From: an uncultured Rhodobacteraceae bacterium
GTDB taxonomy: Bacteria > Pseudomonadota > Alphaproteobacteria > Rhodobacterales > Rhodobacteraceae
Length of the DNA stretch: 64,000 bases
Assembly: GCA_903930735.1 (NCBI GenBank)
Contig: CAIYZT010000441.1
Location: 2,975 to 66,974 of the forward strand
Direction of reading: 5' to 3'
Below, piece after piece: positions 18,376 to 27,479 of this stretch (position 1 is the first letter of the stretch; every line of letters starts with the position of its first letter). The notes below the pieces were generated by a model. That model ran no database searches and was not told the DNA's origin. It was given only the letters and a program-made list of their open reading frames with translations. A program made the position numbers and the translations under genes.

Positions 18376-19251
18376 TCAGGTGAGGGGTGCGCCGTTGTTG
18401 GCATCGCCCTGATTGGGATAGCGCAGCACGGCCTCTTCGCCGGGCATGTGCGGAAAGCCCCGGAAGTTCACGCCATTGCCGAACTTCGCGGAGCAGGTCG
18501 CGAACTGCTTGGCGCAGCCCGCCGCGGCGAGGAAAGTGTCTCCCACGGCAATCTGGCGCACCGGGGCTTCGAAAAGGGTGATGGCACCACTGGCGAAGCT
18601 TGCGATCTCGGCCTTGCGCCCGGCATTTGCACCGGTCGTCCAACTAATCACACCGAGGGTAAAGGTATCATTGGCGAAGCTGCCCAGCGCGGCAGCGCTG
18701 AAACTCCGGCTTCCCGACAGCGTCGCCACAGTCCCGTTAGCCGACCAGAGCGGCGAGGCCAGGTTTACCCCGCAGCGTGCATCGCCAAGATCGGCATCGC
18801 AGGAAAACTGGTAGGTTCGCCCGACCGTCTGGTTCAGCCAATGCGCGAGTGATCGAACCTCGGCCACGAAACTCATCCGCCCGCGCCGAATGTCACCCAG
18901 ATTGCCGCGCCTCATCAGCACGCGCTGGTCTGGAGCGGCCCAATTGACCCGCCAGACCTCGACCTCGGCATTGTCCCAGCGTCCGTCCAGAATATCGGCC
19001 TCGGTGATCCGATCGGAGGACAGCGCCCCTTCGACATCCTGTGCATCCACGGAGAAATCTTGCCCAGCGCGGATTTCTGAGGGGACGAAGCCGCTTTCGG
19101 GCTCAAAGGTCGTGCCTGCAAAGGCAAGGGCAAGATCATGGTCGGTGAAACCATAGACCGCGCCGTCACTGCGGGTGATCTTCCAGCACCAGGACAGAGT
19201 CGTGGTACCGGAATCGAGATGGGCCTGCAGCCCGGAAGGCAGAGATTTCAT
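18376..19251 (-). CDS. RcGTA g13-like tail hub protein (DUF2163 / BR0599 C-terminal type)
   Basis: MKSLPSGLQAHLDSGTTTLSWCWKITRSDGAVYGFTDHD... and position between the g12 and g14 homologues. Confidence 0.85.
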   Translation of the reverse strand: MKSLPSGLQAHLDSGTTTLSWCWKITRSDGAVYGFTDHDLALAFAGTTFEPESGFVPSEIRAGQDFSVDAQDVEGALSSDRITEADILDGRWDNAEVEVWRVNWAAPDQRVLMRRGNLGDIRRGRMSFVAEVRSLAHWLNQTVGRTYQFSCDADLGDARCGVNLASPLWSANGTVATLSGSRSFSAAALGSFANDTFTLGVISWTTGANAGRKAEIASFASGAITLFEAPVRQIAVGDTFLAAAGCAKQFATCSAKFGNGVNFRGFPHMPGEEAVLRYPNQGDANNGAPLT

Positions 19252-20357
19252 CGGCGGACCTCGATCAGAGGGATGGAGGTGATCGAGCCCAGACGCTCGA
19301 TGTCGAGCGTGACGGGCAGATCGTCGGTGTCAAACCGCACCGGCACATCGAATTCGAAACCAACCGTCAGGTTCGCCCCGACCGAAGGCGGGCTGAGGAA
19401 GTTGACGATCCCGGTGGATATGTCGACGGTCCAGCCCGGGGCGGCCCCGGTCCAGGCCGGTTCGCGAAGGCTTGCGCCAAGGATGGTGACGATCTGCCCT
19501 GCGGTGCTGTTTCCCGCGCCGAGCAGGCATCCGGTCAAGCCTGCGCCCACGACGATGTCGAAAGCCCAGAGCCAGAAGCCGCTGCCAAGGTCGGTGATCA
19601 CTACATTCGACACGGCCCCGCCGTTCTGGTTGAAGATCGTGGGCGCAGCGAAGGTGCCCTTGATGCCGCTGTCGAGATTGCCGGGCTGCAGCCGCAGGTT
19701 CAGCCTTGCGTCGGGCGACCCGCCCGCCTTGAACCAGACTTGCGCCCGGTACTTCTTGCCCTGCTGCACCGGAACCGAGGCGTGCTGGCGCAGGCCAAAG
19801 CCAGTCGTTCCTAGATCATAGGCGGCGGTGAAGCTGCCATAGGTCACTGCGCTGTTTGCCCCCAGGGCCCCGGTGTTCGACCAGGTGGCGGACTGAAGAT
19901 TGTTCCCAGAGGTCAGCAATTCCGGTCCCTGCAGCGTCAGGATCCCGGTCTGCACGGTCCCGGCTACCGGCTTCAGGATCGTGCGCACCCAAGTCTGCCC
20001 GCCCGAGGTGTAGAGCTTCCTCAGCTGAAATGCGGTGGTCGTGCCATCGCCGGTCCCGAGAGGCTGGTCGAAGGCCGTGGCTGCCACCGAGGGCAGGCAG
20101 GACTTGTAATCGGCCCAGTCCTTCCAGCGAAATCCACGCAGGCGCCCGTTCCGTGCCTCGAAGAAGGCGATCACCGCCGCCAGATCGTCGGCGCGGCGGA
20201 TCCCGTAGGCGGCATCATAGGACCGCCGCGAATTCGCCCATGAGGCGTTCCGCTCCTCGTCACCTGACGCCAATGTCACGATCTGGGTGCGGCGCTGCGG
20301 CCCGCCGCGCGCGCCCCGGCTAATCATGTCCGGAAAACGGACTTCATCGAATGCCAT
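19248..20357 (-). CDS. RcGTA g12-like distal tail protein (DUF2460) with an inserted domain of about 170 aa
   Basis: The N-terminal half FDEVRFPDMISRGARGGP...FFEARNGRLRGFRWKDWADY and the C-terminal GFEFDVPVRFDTDDLP..IPLIEVRR are separated by an extra block (residues about 139-307). Confidence 0.85.
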   Translation of the reverse strand: MAFDEVRFPDMISRGARGGPQRRTQIVTLASGDEERNASWANSRRSYDAAYGIRRADDLAAVIAFFEARNGRLRGFRWKDWADYKSCLPSVAATAFDQPLGTGDGTTTAFQLRKLYTSGGQTWVRTILKPVAGTVQTGILTLQGPELLTSGNNLQSATWSNTGALGANSAVTYGSFTAAYDLGTTGFGLRQHASVPVQQGKKYRAQVWFKAGGSPDARLNLRLQPGNLDSGIKGTFAAPTIFNQNGGAVSNVVITDLGSGFWLWAFDIVVGAGLTGCLLGAGNSTAGQIVTILGASLREPAWTGAAPGWTVDISTGIVNFLSPPSVGANLTVGFEFDVPVRFDTDDLPVTLDIERLGSITSIPLIEVRR

Positions 20358-22786
20358 CAGAAGGCCCTCCGACCGAAGGCGACTGCGCGGGCGATGTCGC
20401 TTGCCACCTGGACGCGCGATTGACGAAAGCTCTGTGCGTCCTTGGCATTGATGGTCACGGCGATGTTTTGGCCGCCACCGGCTGCTTGCCCGCCCTGTGC
20501 GGCAAGTTCGCGGCGCGACAGAACCCGCTCGCCCTTTTGGAGAATTGCGGGCACTTCGTCAGGACGAAGACCGGCCCAGCCGCCCGAGTGCATGCGCGGC
20601 GCGCCCGCAAAGGCCAGCGCAGAGATCATCCGGCCGGATGTGCTGCCTCCGACCGTGCCCCCCGAATGCAGGACCGGGGCGAAGATCCCGCCGATGCCGC
20701 CCAGCGCGCCGGAGAGCATGTCGGCAACGGGGCCGAGCACGGATTTGCGCACCGCCAGTTTGGCGAGGTCCGCCAAGATTGAGGTGACGAGATCGCCGAA
20801 GTTCAGCTTACCGGTCTTCACGAACTCACCCACCGCGTCCTCAGCGGACTGGAAGGCCCCGACAAGTGCCTGGCCGACATCGGCCCCGATTTCGCGGGCC
20901 CTGCTGGCATAGTCGGACAGGGCTGCGATGACGGCCTTCCAGCCGGTCGCGGTTTCTTCGGCGGCCGCTTTCCCCGCGGCTCCCGCGCCTCCTGCAGCCC
21001 GCCCAGCGTCGTCAAGCGCATCGGTGGTTCCATCAGCAGCGGCGGTGGCGGCATCAAGGGCCGAAGCGCCGTCTGTTCCCGCCGCTGTCATCGCCGATTG
21101 CAGTGCCTGCCAACTTGCGAGCGGTCTGGCGGCCGCATCGGTCAGCATGCCGGAGGCTTCCGAATAGGCCGCCGCACGGTCGCGGGCCTCGCTGGCCATG
21201 GTGCCGAGGCCAAGATCAGGTGTCTCGAGATAGGTCTTGCCCATCGCGGCGTTGAACGCATCCGCGGCGGCGGCACCGGCAGCGGTGGCCGCCCCGGCGA
21301 ACGGATTATCGACACGGCCCAGCGTCACTGGGTCAAGTGTGCCGATCTGAATGCCGCCTTCGCCAGTTGCCCAATCGGGCAACAGGTCCAACGCCGCGTT
21401 CAGGCCGGAAATGAAGGTGTTGATCCGGGTGACGACGCCGTTCAGCATCGCCTCGACCCCACCAATCAGCCCGTTCGCCGCCTGGAATGCGAAGTCGCCG
21501 ATGGCCGAGGGAAGTGCCGCCCAGATTGCCTTCACCGCATCAAACGCCCCCTGAAACACGCCGGTCGCCGAATTGCCGAAGCCCACGACCGCCACCAACG
21601 CGCCCTGCATGGTATCGGCCACAGTCTCGGTGATGCCTGGCCAACTGGCGCTGAGGCTCGCGACCACGGCCTCGACGCCAAGTCCGATCCGGTCCCAGAC
21701 CTCGCTGGCGAGATCGGAGAGGAGCCCAAGTGCCGCACCGAACCCGCCAGCACCCTCGACCAGTTTGGAGAACTGATAGACCAATTCGCCCGCCCCGACG
21801 ATCAGGGCACCAATGCCGGTGCGGATCAGCGCGCCTTTCAGGACGGTCAAGGAAAGGGAAAACCCGCTGACGCCCAGCGCAGCCGCGCCCAAGGACACGA
21901 CAAAACGCCCTGCGAAGAAGGCAGCGAAGGCTCCGGCTATGCTGGCAATCTCGCCAATATGGTCGCCGAGGAAAGCGATGCTAGTCTGGAAGATGCCACC
22001 CTTGCGGGTGGCGTTCGCCAGCGCGTTGGCCACGGTTTCCAACGCCGGTGCTACCGCCACCGTCAATTGGTTCGTGAGACCAAGCCAGACCAGACCGAGC
22101 CGGTCGATGGCATCACCAGCTGTCCGGATCTGGTCGGCATCCTGATCAGACACTGCGACGCCGAAGTCCGTGATGTCCTGCGATGCCTGGCGCAAGGTGG
22201 CAGAATCGATCCGGCTGAAGGCCAGCGCGGCTTTGTCGCCGAACAATGCCGAGGCCACAGCCGCCCGTTCTGCCGGAGGCACGAACTTCGCCAGCGCGTC
22301 CTGAATGGCCGCGATGCGTTCATCCAGTGGCAGGGCCTGCAGATCAGATGCTGTCAGATGGAGCCGCTTCAAAGCGTCCACCGCCGTGCCAGTGCCCCCA
22401 GCAGCATCGGAAAGCTTGAGGGTCAACTTCTTCGTGGCGGCGGCTATCTCATCCATCGAGACTCCTGCCAGGTCCCCGGCGAAAGTTAGAACCTGAATGC
22501 TGCGGGTCGTGGTGCCGAGAGATTGCGCAAGGTTGGCCTGCGCGTCGATGGTCTCGAGGCCCGACTTGATCATGGCGATCCCAGCTGCGGCTGCAGCCGC
22601 GACAGCCACCGCAGCTGCGATCTTCACCCGGGTGGCGAAAGCTGAAAGCCTGGCATTGGCGAGTTCCGCCTCGCGTGACATGCGTCCGAAGCCTCGAGCC
22701 CCTGCGTCGCCCACGCCTTCCAGTTCCGCGCGCACCTGTTTGCCGCCCACGGCGGCCAGGCGGACGGACACGCGTTTTTCAGCCAT
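20357..22786 (-). CDS. tail tape measure protein
   Basis: 809 aa, Ala/Gly-rich and helical, with hydrophobic central segments. It sits between the chaperone pair and the distal tail genes. Confidence 0.85.
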   Translation of the reverse strand: MAEKRVSVRLAAVGGKQVRAELEGVGDAGARGFGRMSREAELANARLSAFATRVKIAAAVAVAAAAAAGIAMIKSGLETIDAQANLAQSLGTTTRSIQVLTFAGDLAGVSMDEIAAATKKLTLKLSDAAGGTGTAVDALKRLHLTASDLQALPLDERIAAIQDALAKFVPPAERAAVASALFGDKAALAFSRIDSATLRQASQDITDFGVAVSDQDADQIRTAGDAIDRLGLVWLGLTNQLTVAVAPALETVANALANATRKGGIFQTSIAFLGDHIGEIASIAGAFAAFFAGRFVVSLGAAALGVSGFSLSLTVLKGALIRTGIGALIVGAGELVYQFSKLVEGAGGFGAALGLLSDLASEVWDRIGLGVEAVVASLSASWPGITETVADTMQGALVAVVGFGNSATGVFQGAFDAVKAIWAALPSAIGDFAFQAANGLIGGVEAMLNGVVTRINTFISGLNAALDLLPDWATGEGGIQIGTLDPVTLGRVDNPFAGAATAAGAAAADAFNAAMGKTYLETPDLGLGTMASEARDRAAAYSEASGMLTDAAARPLASWQALQSAMTAAGTDGASALDAATAAADGTTDALDDAGRAAGGAGAAGKAAAEETATGWKAVIAALSDYASRAREIGADVGQALVGAFQSAEDAVGEFVKTGKLNFGDLVTSILADLAKLAVRKSVLGPVADMLSGALGGIGGIFAPVLHSGGTVGGSTSGRMISALAFAGAPRMHSGGWAGLRPDEVPAILQKGERVLSRRELAAQGGQAAGGGQNIAVTINAKDAQSFRQSRVQVASDIARAVAFGRRAF

Positions 22787-23443
22787 CTTCGGCTCCGATC
22801 TTTTCGTTGATGCGGCGGACCATCACCGCCTCCAGCTCCGGCAGCAGCTCGGCCACCACCATTGGGTTCAGGCCCAGCGCTCTGGCGAGGGCGACGGCCG
22901 CAGTCATGTCCCAACCGATGACCGCCTTGCCCGCCACTCGCATCTGGTCGCCGAGACGGCAGACCAGGTCCCAGACTTGCCAGCCGTCATGGCTGACAGG
23001 CTGGTTCAGCCGCGCGGGGCAGTCTTTGCATTGCGTTTCACAGGCCGCGCAGTAGCCATCGCCCCCGCCGAAGTGCCAGTCAGCGAGGGCGCAGAGCCGT
23101 TTTTTTCCGCGTCCAGCAGCATGCCGCGGCTGACATAGTGCAGGTTGAAGGCCTCGAAGATCGGCCACAGGGACAGGAGGGCGTCGATGCCTTCCGGCGT
23201 CACAGGCAAGACGTTGCCATCTGCATCGCCAAGGCCCTCCCAATCGACCACGGCGCGACGCGCCAGTGCCCCTGAAAAGATCGCGGCCCGCGTGTCGTTG
23301 CTGGCTTCGGGATCCAGATCCCGCACGGCCGGATCGGAGCGGGTGGCGACCATCAGCGCGGTGGTCAGCGGCAAAAGCAGAAGGCGAACGCCATGGCCGA
23401 GGTCGAGCCATTGCGGTTCGGGGGAGAGTTCGATCCGGATCAT
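22779..23443 (-). CDS. tail assembly chaperone -1 frameshift fusion product (gpGT-like)
   Basis: The -1 frame is open from the slippery site to 22779 and encodes a plausible sequence (..ADWHFGGGDGYCAACETQCKDCPARLNQ...VVAELLPELEAVMVRRINEK..). Its stop overlaps the tape measure start. Confidence 0.6.
23006..23443 (-). CDS. tail assembly chaperone (gpG-like, zero-frame product)
   Basis: 145 aa MIRIELSPEPQWLDLG..., located between the tail tube and tape measure genes. It contains the slippery heptamer A_AAA_AAC at 23099-23105. Confidence 0.7.
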   Translation of the reverse strand: MIRIELSPEPQWLDLGHGVRLLLLPLTTALMVATRSDPAVRDLDPEASNDTRAAIFSGALARRAVVDWEGLGDADGNVLPVTPEGIDALLSLWPIFEAFNLHYVSRGMLLDAEKNGSAPSLTGTSAGAMATARPVKRNAKTAPRG

Positions 23444-24711
23444 CAGTAACCTGCGATGTTGTTGACGAGGACGACGGTGCACATCCGTGCGGGGGAGGTG
23501 GCGAGTGCCGCCTGCCAGTCGAAACTTGCCTGGACACCCTTCGGGCCTTTGATCTCGATGCGGGGCCGTGGCAGGTAGACGGCATGGGCGGTCAGGGTCA
23601 GGCTTTCGCCGCTGGCCAGCGCATAGCTGAATTCCAGTGCTGCCGCCGTGCCATTGATGGCTTGGGTCAACAGCGTGGTATCGGCAAAGCGCACCTCGAT
23701 CTTGCCGGTCAGGGCCGCGATGGTGGGATCCGCGCCATCGATCCTGGCATCGGAGCGGATGGTTTCGATCCGGTCCAGGTTATTGGCATAGGTGAGATCG
23801 GCCGAGACGATATTGCCCAGCGCAACACCATCCCGCTTGATCGCCCCGTTGAAATGCCCGAACCGGTTCAGAGCGATGGCTGCGGGTGTGCCTGCGGCAG
23901 TGGCCTCGGCGATGGTTTCCCCCTGCGCCACCAGCGTCGCCTTGGCACCGAGGAGGCCGGAGCGTTCCATAGCCCATGACAGCGCATCCAGCACACAACC
24001 AGAATAAATGGCGAAACGCGGCACTTCCGGCATGGCGACTTCGATAGACATGCTGGGCAAGGTCCAACTGCCCGACATAAAGGTGTGGGCATTCAGGCCG
24101 CCGGTCAACGATGCGCCCGATACCGTGCCGTTGGAGGCGGGCGTGGTGGACGCCGCCAGCGTGAAGGCGTTCCCCGTGCTGCCCAGCGTGTCGTGCACGA
24201 TGGTCAGCGCCGTCGCCGTGCCGGTGTAGGTCGCAAGCGCCACCCCGGTGACAACGCTGGCGTTCAGGGCAACGGCGAGAGCCGTCATGGTCGCGGGCAG
24301 GTTGGCGCCTATGTTCACCTGATTGCCGGTGGCGCCTGCGGCCACAAAGGTGAAGGCGGTGCCGTTGATCGTCACCGTCGAGTTGACGGCGGGTTGGGCC
24401 GAAAACGTGATCGAGCCGGCCGCAGCGACGGTGCCCGCCGTCGTTGGCGCCCCGAACGCCGCCTTCAGCCAGACGCCAAAGCCCACGGCATCGATCGGCA
24501 CCTCGACGTCGCCGTCGGTGGTGATCGCATCCAGCAAGGGCGCGCGGGGATCGCGGCCATAGCCCAGAAGCTCGGAAGCAAGCAGGGGCTGCTCTGCTGC
24601 CAGCGAACTGGTGATGAAGGGCATTTGGGTAAAACCCGCCCCTGGCGGGGTGCCGTAGACCGTCTCGAACGCAAGCGCCATCTGCGCCCGCGCCCCTTGT
24701 GCGCGTGCCAT
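23443..24711 (-). CDS. major tail tube protein with internal insertion
   Basis: 422 aa. Called from position upstream of the chaperones, AAGGA before the ATG, and conserved-looking ends around an Ala/Thr/Gly-rich central insert. Confidence 0.7.
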   Translation of the reverse strand: MARAQGARAQMALAFETVYGTPPGAGFTQMPFITSSLAAEQPLLASELLGYGRDPRAPLLDAITTDGDVEVPIDAVGFGVWLKAAFGAPTTAGTVAAAGSITFSAQPAVNSTVTINGTAFTFVAAGATGNQVNIGANLPATMTALAVALNASVVTGVALATYTGTATALTIVHDTLGSTGNAFTLAASTTPASNGTVSGASLTGGLNAHTFMSGSWTLPSMSIEVAMPEVPRFAIYSGCVLDALSWAMERSGLLGAKATLVAQGETIAEATAAGTPAAIALNRFGHFNGAIKRDGVALGNIVSADLTYANNLDRIETIRSDARIDGADPTIAALTGKIEVRFADTTLLTQAINGTAAALEFSYALASGESLTLTAHAVYLPRPRIEIKGPKGVQASFDWQAALATSPARMCTVVLVNNIAGY

Positions 24712-24735
24712 GTCAGTGTCCTTTTGTGGGTGAAA

Positions 24736-25158
24736 TCAGGTGAGTGGGTCGGGCGTGGCGTAGTGCAGCACGACGGTGATCACCGCCGCTTTCAGCGCGG
24801 CCGCGCCTTCGATGGGCAAGTCGATCGGCTCCGGCGCTTCGGCCTCGATCCACTCGCAGAGTCCACCAAGCGTTCGGTCTGTCGCCAGCGCTGCGCCGAC
24901 ATCTGCCGTCAGCGCATCGAACAGTGCGTCGCGCCCGGCACCCGCCTGGATCACCACTTCCAGTTCCGCCCGGTGCTCGTAGAAATAGGTCAGCGGCGAC
25001 AGCGTGACCTCCGGCTCGCCCGGCTTGCCATCGCGCAGAATGATCAAGCCGGTGGTCGGAATGCGTTCGGGCAGCACGTCACCGCGCAGCACCGGGCCGG
25101 CGAGGGTCTGCAACCGCACATGCAGGGCAGCGAGGACTGTTTCGCGAACGCTAGGCAT
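24736..25158 (-). CDS. tail terminator / tail completion-like protein
   Basis: About 140 aa, immediately upstream of the tube gene. The start is uncertain (25158, 25170 or 25215). Confidence 0.5.
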   Translation of the reverse strand: MPSVRETVLAALHVRLQTLAGPVLRGDVLPERIPTTGLIILRDGKPGEPEVTLSPLTYFYEHRAELEVVIQAGAGRDALFDALTADVGAALATDRTLGGLCEWIEAEAPEPIDLPIEGAAALKAAVITVVLHYATPDPLT

Positions 25159-25543
25159 TTTTGATTCCATATCTGACAGCACGGCCAACGACCGCAAGGA
25201 GCCCTGGTCCGACATTTGCTTCAGGCGCAGCGAGCCTGCGCCACCTCAACTTGGAAATCTTAAGCCCATACCCCTCAGTCAGCTTCCCCGATGCTGCAAC
25301 GCAGCGCCAAGATGAGCGACTCTCGGCCTGACCCAGTGCAAGAGGAGTTTCTACCCGGGGGTGATCTGCCTAAAAATGACAACTGGGGGCATTGTCGTGG
25401 AGGGCAGCGTGTTAGCTGCAATTGAGAGAGACGATGCAAACGGAGTGATCAGTCCAGGCTTGGCTAACCTGAGTTAGGGTCCACGGGCACAGAGTCGAGC
25501 AAGATCGCAGGACATTTTCTGAAGCCTGATCCTCAAGGCAAAA

Positions 25544-25798
25544 GTGACCGGAGATGAGAACGCAATGCCAAAAAGCCCAGACGCTGCCGCCATTGCCGCA
25601 TTTGACATCTGCGACTCCCATTTGTTGACCATGGTCGAACTGAAGATATTGACGGCTCCTCAGGCTATTCAGGTGTTGGAAGACGTAGCGGAAACTCACA
25701 GGAATGCCACGGCAACAGACGGTAATCAGGCCCTTCACAGACAAACCGCCGCACGCATTCAGCAGTTGATCAATACGCGCGTGGCGTTGCCGCTTTAG
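25544..25798 (+). CDS. hypothetical small protein, opposite-strand moron
   Basis: Normal amino-acid composition (AAIAAFDICDSHLLTMVELKILTAPQAIQVLEDVAETHRNA). It sits in a locally AT-richer patch. An alternative ATG lies at 25565. Confidence 0.4.
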   Translation: MTGDENAMPKSPDAAAIAAFDICDSHLLTMVELKILTAPQAIQVLEDVAETHRNATATDGNQALHRQTAARIQQLINTRVALPL

Positions 25799-26430
25799 CC
25801 AAGCCGATCTTCCACCCAATTTTCCACAATCATCTCCGGCACTCTGGCCCGTGCTTGGTCAGCATCCCTTGCCAGATCCAGCCTTTTCGGCAGTTTGACC
25901 TGCCGCACCAGCAGGAAAATCGGCGCCGTCACCTGACCCTTCCCGGTTTTCGACCTGGAGACTACCCCCTGGCCTCGCGTGTTCAGACGAACGGCCTCGG
26001 CCACCAGAAGGCTCGGACCACGGCTGCGATAGACAAAGCGCAGGCGCAGGCCGGTCTTTTGCTCCCACATCCCCGGCGTGATGCGCTTGCCGCCCATTGC
26101 CTTGCCTGCGGCTGGCAGCGGGATGGCCAGCCAGAAGCCACTGTCCGAGCGGATCAAGGGGCCGGTGTCATGCGCGCCGATGATGGCCGGCGCGTTGGAC
26201 CAGACCAATGCCGCTGCATCGAGGCTGTTTCGGCCCTTCGGATAGGTCTGCGACCGAATGGTATTGGCGAGGCGCTGGCCGAGCCCAGCGCCGGTGATCT
26301 GCCCGCGCCATGCGGATTTCAGGCTGGCGCCTGCTTGGGCCATTGTGGCGGAGACCGCCTTTTGGCCGGCCGCCACTTCCGCGCGCATCATTGCGACCAG
26401 GTCAGGCGTTACATCGATCTTGAGTTTCAT
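25795..26430 (-). CDS. phage virion/neck-associated protein, function unknown
   Basis: 211 aa, co-oriented with the head and tail genes. No motif that I can name with certainty. Confidence 0.55.
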   Translation of the reverse strand: MKLKIDVTPDLVAMMRAEVAAGQKAVSATMAQAGASLKSAWRGQITGAGLGQRLANTIRSQTYPKGRNSLDAAALVWSNAPAIIGAHDTGPLIRSDSGFWLAIPLPAAGKAMGGKRITPGMWEQKTGLRLRFVYRSRGPSLLVAEAVRLNTRGQGVVSRSKTGKGQVTAPIFLLVRQVKLPKRLDLARDADQARARVPEMIVENWVEDRLG

Positions 26431-26514
26431 CTTGCCGCGTTTGTCTCCGGATGGCGGATTGCCCTATTTAGTGGCAGGAAAGAGCGTGAGCTTAAAGGCG
26501 CAGGGGGACTGGAA

Positions 26515-27141
26515 TTGGATGCGATCGTGGCTCTGGACTACGCTGGGGTGTCGCTCTTTGCTGCCACCGGCGCATTGGCGGCGTCGCGCAAAGAGCTCGA
26601 TGTCATCGGGTTCCTGTTTTTGGCCGCGGTGACCGGAATCGGTGGCGGCACGGTCCGTGACCTGGTCCTCGGCGTGCCGGTGTTCTGGATCGTCCAGCCC
26701 GTCTACATTCTGGCCTGCGCCATCACGGCGGTGGTCATCTTCTTCACCGCGCATCTTCTGGAGTCGCGGTACCGCTGGCTTCTTTGGTTTGATGCCATCG
26801 GATTGGCCGCCTATTGCGTCATTGGCGCGGACAAGGGACTGTCCGTCACCGGTTCCGCCACCGTCGCCGTGGTCATGGGCATGTTGACTGGCACGCTTGG
26901 CGGCATCCTGCGCGATGTGCTGGCCAATGAACCCTCGGTCCTCTTGCGGCGCGAAGTCTATGTGACAGCAGCACTTCTTGGGGCCTTGGCCTTTGTGGCG
27001 GCAGAGACTGCGGGCTTGAACCAGATCACCTCGGTCAGTCTTGGGTTTGCCGTGGCCAGCGTCATACGCGGCAGTGCGCTGGCCTTCGGCTGGACGCTGC
27101 CGACCTATCGCTCCCGCCCCGGTCGCGACGTCGGCCGTTGA
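26515..27141 (+). CDS. UPF0126 (YadS/TRIC-like) integral membrane protein, opposite-strand cargo
   Basis: Two repeats of the glycine-rich motif (AVTGIGGGTVRDLVLG and MLTGTLGGILRDVLAN) and about 7 TM segments. TTG start at 26515, 7 nt after GGGGGA, gives MDAIVALDYAG, which matches the family N-terminus. Confidence 0.8.
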   Translation: MDAIVALDYAGVSLFAATGALAASRKELDVIGFLFLAAVTGIGGGTVRDLVLGVPVFWIVQPVYILACAITAVVIFFTAHLLESRYRWLLWFDAIGLAAYCVIGADKGLSVTGSATVAVVMGMLTGTLGGILRDVLANEPSVLLRREVYVTAALLGALAFVAAETAGLNQITSVSLGFAVASVIRGSALAFGWTLPTYRSRPGRDVGR

Positions 27142-27144
27142 GGA

Positions 27145-27459
27145 TCACGAGGGCCTCAGGTCCAGGGTCCAGATCAGCCGTTCGCGGTCCCGCGTGGGCT
27201 CGCCCTGGAGGGTGAAACTCTCGGTCCCGATCACGATCAGATCCCCGGGTCGTGGATCGGGAAGGTCGGAGACCTGGACATCGACCACCATCGTGGCGCT
27301 GACAAACCGGCCCGCGCCGAATTCGGTGATCCGGTCCGGGGCACGGCGGATCACCCGGATGGGGCGCTCATCGGAGGTGGTGGCGGAGATCCAGAGGGCT
27401 TCCGCCGCCATCGATGCATTGCCAAAAATGCGGCCCAGCGCCGCCTCGAAGACCGACAT
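27145..27459 (-). CDS. head-tail joining / head completion protein candidate
   Basis: 104 aa, directly downstream of the capsid gene. Assigned by position. Confidence 0.5.
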   Translation of the reverse strand: MSVFEAALGRIFGNASMAAEALWISATTSDERPIRVIRRAPDRITEFGAGRFVSATMVVDVQVSDLPDPRPGDLIVIGTESFTLQGEPTRDRERLIWTLDLRPS

Positions 27460-27479
27460 GTTGGCCGCCCGTCCTACCG

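Noticed and set aside
21098-22489. 463-aa plus-strand ORF inside the tape measure region, and similar long plus-strand ORFs at 15996..16958, 24085..25164, 27414..28604, 58795..60210 and 61725..62675
   Set aside because: All are antisense shadows of well-supported minus-strand structural genes, with Arg/Gly/His-rich composition.
11285-25215. Calling the first g12-g15 cluster an RcGTA-type gene transfer agent
   Set aside because: It is contiguous with lambda-type (not HK97-type) head genes, a terminase small subunit, replication genes, methylases, an integrase and its own lysis cassette. It is therefore a prophage that shares a baseplate module with GTAs.
25412-25819. 135-aa minus-strand ORF between the tail terminator and the upstream virion gene
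   Set aside because: The Cys/Trp/His-rich sequence is implausible. The overlapping plus-strand 84-aa ORF has normal composition.
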